The notes: generated by a model not told the origin, from the sequence alone. A stretch of 64,000 nucleotides of DNA from Octopus vulgaris (GCA_951406725.2 OX597835.1:17608001-17672000); one strand, 5' to 3'; shown: positions 27,868 to 42,105, counted from the stretch's first letter. Numbers and translations: made by a program.

Positions 27868-27872
27868 TAATA

Positions 27873-27924
<52 letters not shown>

Positions 27925-28008
27925 TAATAATAATAATAATAATAATAACAACAACAATAATAAAAAACGACAATAGCAGCAGCAACAACAACAATAATAA
28001 TAATAATT
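27772..28008. repeat. (AAT)n/(AAC)n tract
   Basis: Seen directly. Confidence 0.95.
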
Positions 28009-28245
28009 TTAGAGTCCTATTGAAATTGCATTCCCGTGATCGCTTCTCATTCGCTCGTGTAAAGAAACACGAAAGAGATACAAATCGTTATACATACACA
28101 CATACATACATACACACACATATCTAAATATATACACATACATACATATATACGCATACATATATATACATATATACGTATAAATATATATAATTATACG
28201 TATATATATATAGAAATATATATATATATGTGTGTGTGTATATGT

Positions 28246-28291
<46 letters not shown>

Positions 28292-28297
28292 ATGTAT

Positions 28298-28356
<59 letters not shown>

Positions 28357-29419
28357 CATACGTATACTATATATATATATGCATACATACACATGATATG
28401 AATATAAGTATATATATATAATTATTAATATAACTATACATGTGCATACGTAGATTTTTTCATATATATTTTGTGTTTTATATATGTACATGTATAGTCA
28501 CACACACACATACACACACATACATTTATACATGCTCACACCCACACACAAGTATATTGCATACACCTGTTATTGTTTTTGCTACATGTGCATACATAAC
28601 TGTGTACCCATTGCGACATACACCGATAACAATATATATAGATATGCATTTGTGCACACTACCATGAATATGCGCTTAATTGATTGCATAAATACACTCA
28701 TGCATACATGGAGGTTTTTTCCATTAAAGCATTTACTACACACATACACACTCACACACACTGCATACACACATGTATTCATGTATATATTTTGATCGCT
28801 GCTTGACGTCGAAAGATCAAAGTGTTTAATACGCGTTTGTGCTAACATATGAAAGATCATTGTTGGTATAAATCTCTCTCTTTCTTTCCTTTTTTCATTC
28901 TTTCATTCTTTCTGTCTTTCTTTCTTCCACACTCTTCTGTCTCTCCCTGCTTTTCTCCCTTTGTGTTTCTCACATATTCCCTCTCATTCTCATTGGTACA
29001 CATGCATATACATTTATCTATCTATCTATCTATCTATCAATCTATCTACATGTGTGTGTGTGGGGGGGATTTTCGCTGTAGCTGTGTTCCATTGCACATA
29101 TACCCATAGATATTTACATATTGTAGAACTGTTTGTATTGTATTAAATTTTCTTTTTCTCAGAAAAGAGCATTAAATACATGCCATAAATTAGAGTTATC
29201 ACACGAGAAATTAGTCCCGAATTTATGTATCTTGGATCCGGCAAAATATCGATAAAACGGGAAACTTCAGTCGAGTACATTCACACACACATTAACACCC
29301 ACACTCCTGCATATATATATATATATATACATATATGTATACACACGTATATATATACATGTATATATATGTGTGTGTGTATGTATATAGATATATATTC
29401 TTATTCTTTGTCAGCCTAG

Positions 29420-29610
29420 TAATTAGTCTACCGGGATTCTTTGGACGTTGCGGGGGACGTAAAAACAACAACACCGGTTGACAGGCGGTGACGGCGAGAC
29501 AAACACGGAGATACACACACGTAGACATATACATACATACACACACACACATATAGGCACATATGACGGGTTTTTTTTTCAGTTTCCACCTACCAAATTC
29601 ACTCACAAGT
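29420..29610 (-). mobile_element. F2 SINE internal fragment
   Basis: ggggacgtaaaaaca...accggttg...atgacgggttt...tcagtttccacctaccaaattcactcacaag. Confidence 0.7.
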
Positions 29611-29656
29611 GTTTGGGCGAAGCTGTCACGCTTCTTAACAGACAGTCACGCCCACG

Positions 29657-29694
<38 letters not shown>

Positions 29695-29698
<4 letters not shown>

Positions 29699-30277
29699 AT
29701 TCCTCTGGAAGTCATTTGTCTTAAGCTGCTTTGTCTATTGCTCCCAGCTATGATCACCAACCAGTGTAAAATTAATTGCACAATTTGAGGCAATCCAACG
29801 AAGCTACACAAAGACAGCTTATATGCAGCATATAAGGTACTGGGAAAAACTTAGGAGAATGCGAGCGTTAGCGGGAAAGATATGCCGTAATATACATCTG
29901 GATGATCCTGGAGGGACTTCTCTCAATATTATGCCCCAAACTCCAGCTTTGACATCAAAATATAGGAAAAGATATTGCAATAGATTCGGCTTTAAAAGCC
30001 CACAGCTCTTCAGTACTTTCCCGGAGGACCTGAGAGCCTACATGCGGTGGATTTAGATATCTTCAAAACAGAATTAGATCTAACGTCAAGTGTCCCAGAT
30101 GAACCAACTTCACAGCAGGAAGTGCAAATGAGGACAGCGGCGTCAAAATCCCTCACGGACCAAGTGTCAAGTTCTACAAAGAACCTGTGAAGTAAAAATT
30201 ATGTAGCCACACCAAATGGCGGTGTCCTAGCATCGCGACAGCTCGTGAGCTGAAACAAGTCCAATTCAATTCAATTC

Positions 30278-30278
<1 letters not shown>
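29695..30278 (+). mobile_element. 5'-truncated, decayed CR1-group LINE: ORF2 C-terminus, 3' UTR and (CAATT)n tail
   Basis: LWKSFVLSCFVYCSQL*SP...EAIQRSYTK...YWEKL...RERYAVIYIW.ILEG...GFKSPQLF..FPEDLR...FKTELD...VPDEP...AASKSL, with frameshifts. Confidence 0.88.
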
Positions 30279-30309
<31 letters not shown>

Positions 30310-30632
30310 TTGTGTGTGTGTGTATGTATGGTGGACGTAGTCCTCGATAGATACTCAGGAGTATAAGTTTGAACCATTCGTATAATACGGTTTTCCATAT
30401 AGAGCATCTCAAAATCTCACCTGTTGATTGAATATGTATGTATGTATGTATGTAATGTATGTATGTATGTAATGTATGTAATGTATGTATGTATGTATGT
30501 ATGTATGTATGTATGTATGTATGTATGTATGACGTTATTCAGTTTTACTTCAAGATTTCTTTCCAATAGAGAAAGAATCGGTTTATAACCTAAATCCCAA
30601 GTCTCTTTCACTGGAATTTCAACATCAACAGC

Positions 30633-30865
30633 ACTTTCTCCCACTCTTTCTTTTTGTTTCTTGTCCCCGACTTCCTACGCAACCGCTGAGCCTTGATGCG
30701 CATTCATCCATACGCCGATGCTCTCGGTGTCGGGGGTTGACCTGCTTTCTCTTCTGCGGGTCTTACGAATAGCAAAGGACCACGTTTCGGACTTCTCCCA
30801 CAACTTGCGAGCTCTAAGACGAAGACCGCTTCGCTCAACAAACAAACAAATAAACAAACAAACAT
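30633..30865 (+). mobile_element. SINE-like fragment: head-A pyrimidine linker + a third tail (Z) ending in (AAAC)n
   Basis: ctttctcccactctttctttttgtttctt matches the head-A linker of 49401-49718 and 52739-53033. Ends in aacaaacaaac. Confidence 0.55.
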
Positions 30866-31939
30866 CAACAGCATGGTATTTTTGTATCTATGCACGCATA
30901 TTTACAAATGTGTATGCTTTGTGTAATGTATGTCCTCTTATGCATATTGTTGCATACCCTGGCATGCTCAAATATACTTAAATGATAAACCTTAGGGAAA
31001 TCTTACAGATTTTTACCGTTCCAGTGATGTCTTCCAATCAGCTTTCTTCTTTCTGGCTTTGAGAGACCTAGTTTTCGCATGATTGGTATTTAGGCATTGT
31101 GTTACATATCCCAGTGCCCTAAAAGTTACACGTATAAACCTGGACTGGTTATCTGGATATGTATGTATGGATGGGTGGGTGTATGCATGCATGCATGTAT
31201 GTATGTAAGCTTAAACGCACGTTTTATATGAAATCTTTGTACTCACAAAAGATCCTACGAATTTTTTCTTTATTGATTTCGTTCATCGATTATAGAAATA
31301 GTGCCCTCATCTAACAGATAACTGATTCTAACAAGGACATACACTTACAAATACGGGGATAGGAATTAATCGATTAATATCGAACATCAGTCATTGACTG
31401 CTACTTTATTTAATTCTCCCTTGACTGTAAAGATGGATATCTGACCGCAGCACGAAACCGAGCTGAGAACATAACCACCTGGTGCAACTGCTCAAATAAA
31501 CCTTCTCATCAACTGTAACATCGTAAAAGATACGATAAAATCATATACATTTGTGCACGTATAGTATACTTTATTTAATGTAAATAATCAATGTTCTTAG
31601 CACAATATCCGATTAAGTTTCTTTTTCCCTACCGGCAGCAGAATATTTATTTTGAAAATGCCAATAATATTTTCTTTCAAATAAACAATAGGCAAATAAA
31701 ATTTCGAAAATTAATTTGGTTTAATTTGCGAGTCGTTCGTGCGTGGGTGTACGCCAATCTCTCTCTCTTTCTCTCTCTGTCTCTCTCTCTCACTCTCGCA
31801 TCAGCACTGTCTCTGTCTCCCTCCATTTCTCTCACTCTTTCGCTGCATATATATACATACATATACATACACATATATACATATACATATATGAATATAC
31901 ATACACATATATGCATATACATACACATATATACATGAC

Positions 31940-32150
31940 GGGAAGGTTTTACAAAAATAAACAAAAGACGAAGGCAGGTGGAGTACAAACAAACAATTGT
32001 ATTAGTATGGTGCTCAGGAATAGAAATAGAAAAAGTCTTTTACGTTTCGAGCCTACGCTCTTCCACAGAAAGATACACAGAAAAAAAACAAGGAGAGAAG
32101 CAAGGAGAGAAAAAAATGCGTGTAGGAGCTAACGATCTATCATGGCGTCC
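31940..32150 (-). mobile_element. About 200-bp hammerhead-bearing repeat (Penelope pLTR-like), copy 1
   Basis: Homologous to 33377-33579 and 49858-50056; adjoins TA-rich microsatellite. Confidence 0.8.
32036..32073 (-). ncRNA. Minimal type-I hammerhead motif, A6U variant
   Basis: Minus strand reads TCTTT-CTGTGGA-A-GAGC-GTAG-GCTC-GAAA-CG-T-A-AAAGA: perfect 5-bp stem I, 4-bp stem II, palindromic ACGT at stem III. Confidence 0.65.
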
Positions 32151-32487
32151 TGACTTCGGACAATGGTCAGGGGAGATAACAGGGTCAAGTGTGTGTGTGT
32201 ATGTATTTATCTAGGTGAGTGTGTAGGTGTATGAGCATCATTCTGCGTGTTTGCGTAGCATATACAATTGACGTATTAAATAATGTCATTCAGAGAGAAA
32301 CACACATAAGCAAGAATGTAAAACAAGTGTCAAGACGTGAAGCACCGAGAAAATCTCGCAGAACCGACCAACTAATGCAACAATATCGTAAGGAACTGGG
32401 TGGGAAAAGATGGATTTAGCAACCATCAATACAAAAAAAGTATAACTTAATCAAATCCAAGTTATTTCAATATATGTTTATTAATAG

Positions 32488-32635
32488 GGCGGCGAGCTGG
32501 CAAGAATCGTTAGTAAGCCGGGCGAATTTCGTCTGCCGTTACCTTCTGGGTTCAAATTCCGCCGAGGTCGACTTTGTCTTTCATCCTTTCGGGGTCGATT
32601 AAATAAGTACAGTTACGCACTGGGGTCGATACATT
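32488..32635 (+). mobile_element. F1 SINE, 3'-truncated
   Basis: ggcggcgagctggca...ggttcaaattccgccgaggtcgactttgtctttcatcctttcggggtcgat. Confidence 0.85.
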
Positions 32636-33324
32636 CGCGATTTATAGCTCCAAATTGTATGGACGTATTGGTAAATTTAAAATAATTTAGTTTTTTTTTT
32701 TTTTACTATTGCAAAATAATAATAATAATAATAATTACGGAATTTGATTTTTAAGCTTAAACGAGCCTTCTATCTTACCATTTCCTGTTGCAAACCGCAT
32801 TCATACATAAAGCGTATGTGATGTACTGTAAACTCTGTCAGATTGTATTCGTAAATTCAGATTACTATTTTTTACAGTACTGTACTGTACTAAAAATTAA
32901 AAACTTATTTGGTTTTGAGGTTAAAATAGGTTTTTATTTACCATCTATTATTCAAAATACATTCATAAATATAGTACAGAACTGGGAATGCTTGTAATCG
33001 GTTTAGATTAGAGACAATTAAATACGGCCTAGCTTAGCCTAGAGACAAATTAATTCCACTTAAGTCGTTTTTCGACTTAAACCGTCTCTCCTGGAACCAG
33101 TTAACGACGTAGAATGAGGTATGCTTGCATATAGTAGGTTGTTAGATAAATAGACATATTGGTCGATATATAGATAGAAACAAGGACACATCTCTAAATA
33201 TATAGATATATTAGTAGATTTGAGGTTACAGAAATAGATGTATATATAGAAAAATATATGCAAACGTATATATACATGTGTGTGTGTGTGTGTGTACATG
33301 TGCGTCTATGTGTATTAAAACACA

Positions 33325-33376
<52 letters not shown>

Positions 33377-33379
<3 letters not shown>

Positions 33380-33579
33380 AAAGTTTACGAAAAAAAATCA
33401 AAAGACGAAGACAGGTGGTGTACAAAACAAACAGATGTCTTAGTATAGCGCTCAGGAATAGAAAAAGTCTTTTACGTTTCAAGCCTACGCTCTTCTACAG
33501 AAAAGGACACAGGAAAAACAGGGAGAGAAACAAGGAGAGAAAAAAATGTGTGTAGTGGCTAACGATCTATCATGGCGTC
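33377..33579 (-). mobile_element. Hammerhead-bearing repeat, copy 2 (motif at 33468-33505)
   Basis: Minus strand CTTTT-CTGTAGA-A-GAGC-GTAG-GCTT-GAAACGT-A-AAAGA; (TA)n on both sides. Confidence 0.8.
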
Positions 33580-33703
33580 TCATATATATATATATATATA
33601 CATACATACATACATACATACATACATACAGAGAGAGAGAGAATAGGTAGCCACAAATATGAATAGATACAGCCTGAGGTACACGATAGGCAGTTCGATA
33701 GAC

Positions 33704-33781
<78 letters not shown>

Positions 33782-34454
33782 GGAGATAGATAGATAGGGA
33801 GATGAACAAACAGCAATAATTCGAATAATTACAGAATAGGTAAAGAGAAGGGCAATCTGTTCGAGATACATATGCACGTAGATATATATGCAGAAACCTA
33901 GACAAATATACACACTGTCACACGCACACACATTTATATATATATACATAAACATTCTCACAGTATAAAGCAATAGACATACATTCAGCAGAACAGGTCT
34001 TGGAATTCTCAGAGACTTCCAGAACCAATCAATTGGCTGAAATTTTGCCAAGTTGCATTATTTAGACTAGTCTCCGTCTCATCGTCTGAAGAAGGCATGA
34101 TCTATAATTTTGTACCTGCAGAGAGTGAGAGAGAGAGAGAGAGACAGACAGACACAGAGAGAGAGAACAGAAGGAGAGACAGAAAAAGAAGGGGGAAAGG
34201 GAGAGAGAATAGAGAGAGAGAGAGAGCGGAGGGAGAGAGAGAGGAAAGGGAAAGCAGAAGGTAATTCAGGAAAGGAATGAGGTAAAGGGAGAATAGGATG
34301 AACGACATGATTCGGAGCAAGTTGAACACACCTGACTGTGGCTCTCAATGTCTATATGTGTATGTCAATATATATATATATATATATGTATATGTGTGTA
34401 TATTTGTTCCACGTCCTCGCGTTGTTGTGTTTTTTTGTGCTTTCTTGTTTGGAT

Positions 34455-34516
<62 letters not shown>

Positions 34517-34524
34517 CATGTATG

Positions 34525-34711
34525 TTTGTGTGTGTGTTTGTCCCCCTAGCATTGCTTGACAACCGATGCTGGTGTTACTTAGCGGTTCGGCAAAAGAGAC
34601 CGATAGAATAAGTACTGGGCTTACAAAGAATAAGTCCTGGGGTCGATTTGCTCGACTAAAGGCGGTGCTCCAGCATGGCCGCAGTCAAATGGCTGAAACA
34701 AGTAAAAGAGT
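34525..34711 (+). mobile_element. F2 SINE 3' half
   Basis: tttgtccccctagcattgcttgacaaccg...ggcggtgctccagcatggccgcag...gaaacaagtaaaagagt. Confidence 0.9.
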
Positions 34712-34736
34712 ATATATATGTATATATATATATATG

Positions 34737-34794
<58 letters not shown>

Positions 34795-35105
34795 GGGGCA
34801 GGAGTGGCTGTGTGGTAAGTAGCTTGCTTACGAACCACGTGGTTCCGGGTTCAGTCACCCCTGCGTGGCACCTTGGGCAAGTGTCCTCTACTATAGCCTC
34901 GGGCCAAAGCCTTGTGAGTGGATTTGGTAGACTGAAACTGAAAGAAGCCCGTCGTGTATATGTATAAATACCTATATGTTTATGTGTGTGTATATGTTTA
35001 TGTGTCTGTGTTTGTTCCTCCAACATCTCTTGATAACCGATGCTGGAGTGTTTACGTCCCCGGTTCGGCAAAAGTACTAGGCTTACAAAGAATAAGTCCT
35101 GGGGT
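34795..35105 (+). mobile_element. F2 SINE, 3'-truncated
   Basis: ggcaggagtggctgtgtggtaagtagc...aagaataagtcctgggg. Confidence 0.88.
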
Positions 35106-35220
35106 ATATACTCACACAGACACACATGTATATGCATTGTTGGGTTTGTCAGTGTGTGTTTTTGTATTTTTGTATTTATGTTGCTTACGTCCGTGTGTAG
35201 TCATAATAGAAAACTTAATG

Positions 35221-35259
<39 letters not shown>

Positions 35260-36057
35260 TAGATAGATATTTCTCCAGACACATTAATATAAATATATAT
35301 TATAAATGGATATCTCCCCAGACACAATAATATATAAATACATATACATAATACATACATACATATATACACACACACACATATATATATATATGTGTGT
35401 GTCTGTGTGTGTGTCTGTGTGTGTGTGTATTGTATCATATATATCTTATAAATGATGTATTTGTAAGTTTGATCCATTTTCTCTATATATATCTTCCTGT
35501 CTATAAACGTGCATACTGATAATAAAATTACACGTCAACAGACGTACATAGACGTATACAGATTCTACACACATATACACACATATATATACACGCATAT
35601 TCAGACACATATTCGTCATGAATATGCATTGCAATTTATATGGAAATGTATACTAAGATAATGTGAACCAGACAGACACATAATGAACGGGGGTGGGGGA
35701 AACGCGAGATGAGAAAAGAATGAGAGAAAGAGAGAGAGAGAGAGTGATTAATAGTGAGAGACAGATTAAGAGGGTGTGAGAGAGGGTGAGATGTGGGGGT
35801 AGAGATTGAACCAAACAAAGACGAGAAAGTGACTTATGTAATGTGGTTGTGTTGAATGAAGGAATATGGAAATCGAATATGAAATATCAAAGTGACGTGA
35901 ATGTGTGTGTGTATGTATATATATATATGTGTGAGTGTGTGTGTGTGTATGTCTGTATATATATATATATATACACATATATATATATATGTATATATAT
36001 AAATATATGTATATATATATATATATATATACACATGCATACATCATTTATATATAC

Positions 36058-36088
<31 letters not shown>

Positions 36089-36096
36089 CATGCATA

Positions 36097-36127
<31 letters not shown>

Positions 36128-36958
36128 CATGCATACATCATATATATATATATGCACATAAATTTATGCGTAGATATATATTGTGAATTTATACGTCATA
36201 AATATTATATATATATATATATATCTTTATTTATTTATGTGTGCCTCTATATATGCGTATGAATGTGTGTGAATTTGTGTGTGTGTTTGTGTGAGTGTCT
36301 ATCTGTCTATGTACCTGTGCGTCTTTTTGCGCCAGGCACGACAGAAAATGAAGAAATAACAAAATCAACGAATAGTTATAAATCTCTCTGAATGGTACCA
36401 CAACTTAATTGCATTAAACACCATTGTTTCCGAAATGAGGATTATAAACCATCTATAGAGGAACAGATGGTCATAGTAAAAAAAAACCCATTTCAGTGGG
36501 CTGTCATATTCGATATTTAAATAATTCCTAGCGTTGCCTGCGATTTGTGACGATAATCCAAACTATATACATAGGTATTATTTAAATGCAGAAAACTTAT
36601 GTGGTATTTTATGCTTTCTAAATAAAACTCGATTTTTTGCCGCTTATCTGACAGGATTACATAATTGTTGATTGAAGAATTACATAATCTTACTAATACA
36701 TCTCCTAAATATTTAGCTAAACACTGAGGATGTATATTAATATAAATTGCATAATGTTTCAACGTTATCCAATTAACCGAAACGCGTATATGTCTTATAA
36801 AGCGTTAAACGAAATAGATATTTACTTTATTTTAATAATACTACTACGTGGGTTATATCCTGCACTCTAGCCCATTCCGTGGTTTAATACACCGCGTCTT
36901 ATATGAGTGAATTGATCGACACATATCTGAACCTGAATTCTCTCTCTCTCTTTGTATA

Positions 36959-37003
<45 letters not shown>

Positions 37004-37006
<3 letters not shown>

Positions 37007-37125
37007 AGGGTGGTGCTGATAAGTTCCTGGAGGATCAAATTCACGCATTTTTGCAGCGGTGCTTTGGTTTTCCTGAGCCCTGCAAAAAAAAGATTCGGAA
37101 GGATTTGTTTAAACCCTTAGAGCCA
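37004..37125. mobile_element. Truncated mariner-type MITE related to 50196-50408
   Basis: agggtggtgctgataagttcctgg...ttgcagcgg...gccctg...acccttagagcca. Confidence 0.6.
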
Positions 37126-37269
37126 TGTTAGGGACGATATGGGTGCCTCTGTGTGTGTGTGCCTGCGTGTGTGTGTGTGTGTGTGCATGTGCGCGTGTGT
37201 GTATATTTATGCATGTAAGTAATATATGTACATATAAATGTATGTATGCTTATATCTATGGGTGTGTCT

Positions 37270-37440
37270 TTGTGTCTGTGTTGGTGTGTTTACGTACCTG
37301 CTATCTAGCAGTTCGGCAAAAGAGAACGATAGAATAAGTACTAGACTTAAAATGTAAGTCCGGAGTCGATTTGTTCAAATAAAGCTATGAAAGCAGTGCA
37401 CCATCATGGCCGCAATCAAATGGCTGAAACAAGTAAAACA
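37270..37440 (+). mobile_element. F2 SINE 3' half, diverged
   Basis: gttcggcaaaagagaacgatagaataagtac...catggccgcaatcaaatggctgaaacaagtaaaa. Confidence 0.8.
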
Positions 37441-38224
37441 ATGAAAGAATTTGTAATTATTTACGATCCTTCATGCTTATTACGTCACATGCAAAACTTT
37501 ACCCACGAATAGTTGTGACTACATGCTGATGTAGCTTTTATTTATCGATTTTATTTCAGACTCGTCAATCGGTTTTAATTTAATTGGAAATCTCTGTGGT
37601 ACGAGGTATAAGTTTGATTTTCGTCGTATGGACACGCAGCAAGAATGTTTCATCTTTTCTTTTGAAGAAACATGTAATAAGAATCAATATCTTGAGATTT
37701 TAGTTGCCCATAGGTAACAGTTGCATCTTAGCAACATAATTCCAATTTATAGTGGATTTTCTTTCGTATCGTTTCCAAGCCAAATATATTTGGCAAGCAA
37801 TGTTATAGCGTACTTAGTTTTAACGCAGAACGAGTGTGTGTGCTGTATGAATCTAGTCTTAAACGTGCATAGATTTAACTCGATATTGAGTTTTACATAC
37901 ACTAAAGTCTGATAACTCTTCATCTGCTCTTTTTGAATGCTATTTAATTTTACTGATGTTTTACATTCGGGTTACACCTGGATATACGACTGTATTTCTG
38001 TAATTATATTCGGGTAGGAGCATTTCACAGATGTATACAAAATTTTGTTAGAGATTAGAGATGTGAAAACTTAATTTAACTATACAACGGTAACCGATTT
38101 ATGAATTAACTTAAAACTATCACTAAATCTATGAAAATCAGCTGGGCGCACTAAATGCTGTGTGCAGAGTTATAGTTACATCTATGCATACGCTTAGTTC
38201 TTTAGCAATCACATTCTTCTGTCA

Positions 38225-38375
38225 AACGTTCGTCTGCTGTTACGTTCTGAGTTCAAATTCCGCCGGTATCGATTTTGCTTTCTTCCTTTCGGGGTCGATT
38301 AAACAAGTACCAGTTACGCACTGGGGCCGTTGTGCTCGACTTAATCTCTTCCCCCATGTGCTTCCAGTAGAAAAG
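38225..38375 (+). mobile_element. F1 SINE body
   Basis: ttacgttctgagttcaaattccgccgg...cctttcggggtcgattaaacaagtaccagttacgcactgggg. Confidence 0.82.
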
Positions 38376-38894
38376 ATTATTCTGTCAAAAGTAATACTTA
38401 TTTATTCATATTTAAAAAAAACATTATTGTGCATTATTTTGTAACTTTGAGAGTTTGATGAGGTAACTGTCAATATTTAGAATGATAATGTAGGGTTAGT
38501 GTGAGAGGCCAGATCTCCCAATATGCATATTTGCCAACATGTAAACATGTATATTCGATATGCAACAATAACGTCCCCAAGTTCCTTAAGGTTTCAACAC
38601 TTTCTCGGTTTCGTACTTTGAAAGTATGTGATGCCGATGATGTTATGTTGTCAACAGAGATTATCAGAACGAACTTGTAACTGATAAAACACGTATCACC
38701 AGATTAAAATTTTATGGTTTTTGAAATGAATTTGATTTAATTCAGACGAAAAGCTTCGCTGTTTTAAGTTTTGCATTCCTCAACAACTTTTCTTAACATT
38801 CCTCTGTATTAAAACAAAATGTGGAATCCAATACACTACCAACAAATGTTTTCAATGTAGGGTAAAAATAGGGATCAAAGAAATAGAAAGTGGG

Positions 38895-38902
38895 AGAGAG
38901 AG

Positions 38903-38982
<80 letters not shown>
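38895..38982. repeat. (GA)n microsatellite
   Basis: Seen directly. Confidence 0.95.
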
Positions 38983-38985
<3 letters not shown>

Positions 38986-39219
38986 TCTGGGATAGTTAAA
39001 GAAACGGCAGTAACATTTAAATCTAAAAGGATGTATATATTCGTATGTATATAAGCCTCATAGAATTGTATAACGAAGTTAGAAATTCAAAGCTATCACA
39101 AAAAACAAAAACGACATAACATGGATATTTGCGACAAAAAACTAACGTTGTAAGAAATTGACGTCGTAATACAGACATAGTATTTTATGTCTAAATGCCT
39201 TCAACATCGAACATCCATC

Positions 39220-39231
39220 GCCGCCATTTTG
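39220..39231 (-). promoter_or_regulatory. Perfect YY1-type motif (CAAAATGGCGGC) in a CpG-containing unique island
   Basis: GCCGCCATTTTG on +; TGACGTC nearby at about 39160. Function not demonstrable from sequence. Confidence 0.3.
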
Positions 39232-39782
39232 TTACGACTATGCGATATTATTTTTACTATGGTGGACGTTTCCGTTCGTTTTCCTTCCTTTATGAGTCCT
39301 GTTTGTGGATGTTTTTGAAAAGTTGTTTTACAAAATAGAAATGAATACAAAAATATTATATTCCTAAGAAGACTTAAGAATGAAAAGGATAAATAAAGAG
39401 AAGTCTGTTTGGGATTAGATACATATTATATACATATAAATATATATATATACATGTGCGTGTATATAGTTATGTCTATATTGATTCAAATATAATGCAT
39501 ATGTGAAAATATAAGTGTGAGTGAATGCATATAAACATATATATATATATATGGATATAAATGTATGTATCGTATATATTATACTTTCGCATATGTACAT
39601 CCGTGTGTTCATGAGTGTGTGAGATCTGAAATATTGTTCGGCGGTGTATATCTATGTGGGTGTATATACGTTGAGAGGTTTCAAAATATAGTTTAGTGGC
39701 ATCTTCTCATTCAGATACAAATGTGGGAGAGATATGGATTTCAGGGTCTAATAAGCATACATTTATACAGTCATACATACAT

Positions 39783-39825
<43 letters not shown>

Positions 39826-40063
39826 CATACACACGCACGCACACACACAAATACACACGCACACATATGTATGTATAACACGATGATATATTTATACGTG
39901 TGTATGTATATGTGCAATTGAGTGCGAGTGTGTTTGTTTGTGTGTGCGGGATTACATATATGTTACAATCTTATATATCGATCAATAAATACGCCATGTT
40001 TTCAAATATATATACCTCGGAAAGCAGGAATATATGCGTGCATACAAGTATGTATGTATACAT

Positions 40064-40103
<40 letters not shown>

Positions 40104-40155
40104 GCACAAACATACAATATATGTGTATGTATGTATGTATACATACGTACATATA

Positions 40156-40210
<55 letters not shown>

Positions 40211-40247
40211 GCACGCTGAAACAAGTAAAAGACAGAGAATATATATA

Positions 40248-40313
40248 TAAATGGCGGTGCCCCAGCATGGCCACAGCTCATTAGCTGAAACTGGAAAAAT
40301 CAAAATCAAATCA
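40248..40313 (+). mobile_element. Isolated LINE 3' terminus, same family group as 29695-30278
   Basis: aaatggcggtgccccagcatggccacagctcattagctgaaac followed by an (AAATC)-like tail. Confidence 0.7.
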
Positions 40314-40819
40314 TACATATGTTTATAAATATATATATACACATATAGTCTGTATCTATGTATGTATATATGTATGCACGCATATATGTACGTATATATG
40401 AATGTATGTAGAGGATGTATATATGCATGTTGTCAGGCATAAGATATGGCTTTATGTAGTTCTATATTTAAGAGATGAGGAACTATGCACATTATTTACA
40501 TTATTTACATTATTTATATTCAATGAATTTTGTCCTCACAGTGTTAACAGCAAAAATGATGAAGACAGATATCCGTTGAATTTGAATAATATAAATAATG
40601 GCATTATGTGCTTGAGTGTATGTGTGTTCTTATGTATAAATATGCTAGTGAATGTATATCTTCGTATGTGATTCTTTTATTTATTATATATACAAAAATA
40701 TGCGTACTTGGTCATATATTTGCGTTTCTGTATAGTGTGATTAAATTGGAAACATGTATTTTATCCATCTATCTGCCTATCAAAATTAATTGTAGAAATG
40801 GATGAATATGGACATATAC

Positions 40820-40868
<49 letters not shown>

Positions 40869-41062
40869 TATATACATATATATATACGTATACATACATA
40901 TATATGCATATACATATATATATATGTATGTATATATATGCCTTTGCTTATATATATATATATATATATGTATATGCCTTTGCTTATACAACTTTATAAT
41001 TACATTTAGACACGCACATATTTAAATACATGACAGGGAAACTGCAAATCTGCAAAGATTTG

Positions 41063-41115
<53 letters not shown>

Positions 41116-41291
41116 CCACATGCATATAACTACATATTCTTAACTGCATTCGCTTGTATGTATGTAAAGTACATTTGAACATGTATGAAGACAAATTTAA
41201 TGGTAATTCTTCTAATCTACATATCTAATTATATGTGTTCGTATGTGACTGATAATGAGAGTGCTAAACCTAGATAGGTATATAGAGGGAA

Positions 41292-41330
<39 letters not shown>

Positions 41331-41927
41331 AAGGTTGGGAGAAAGAGAGAGAGAGAAAGGTTGGGAGAAAGAGACAGACCGTGTCACGCGAACTCCTCCA
41401 TACAGTGCTGAAGTTTATGAAAGTGTATTATTCGTGCATATACACACGATTTTTGCTATTTCCATAGGAATACGAATATATATATATTTGTGCATGATAA
41501 AATTATATATGTACAAAAACACCTACACATTGTCTGTTCCTTCTCACCCCTCAACTCTCTCTCTCTCGCTCGCTCTCTCTCTCTCCCGTTCTATCACTAG
41601 CTCCATCTCTATCTGTCTGTCAGTCTCTCGCTCTCTCTTTCTCTCTTTCCCTGTGTTCGCGTGCGTTTAAAAATAGGTACTTACAACCATACAAACGCAA
41701 ACAGATATATCTGCATGCACAGATGTGTGTATACACAAACACACATTCACACAATCACACACACATATACATGCACACATACATATATATATATTTAGAT
41801 ATAGATAGAGATAGTCATGTAAGTACGTATGTATTTACATCCATACATATATATATATATATATGTATGTATATACGTATGTATGTATGTATACTCTATG
41901 TACATATATATATACATATATATATAT

Positions 41928-42104
41928 ATGCACACTGATAGATAGATAGGTATGCATATATAGATATAAATATATGTATATATATACATATATAGATACA
42001 TGTGTATATATATGTATATATATATATATATATATATGCACACTGATAGATAGATAGGTATGCATATATAGATATAAATATATGTATATATATATAGATA
42101 CATG

Positions 42105-42105
<1 letters not shown>
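41928..42105. repeat. Tandem duplication, about 108-bp unit x2
   Basis: atgcacactgatagatagataggtatgcatatatagatataaatat at about 41928 and 42036. Confidence 0.85.

Noticed and set aside
29210-29280. GAAAC-TTCA-GTC hammerhead 3' half
   Set aside because: No CUGANGA or stem I partner upstream.
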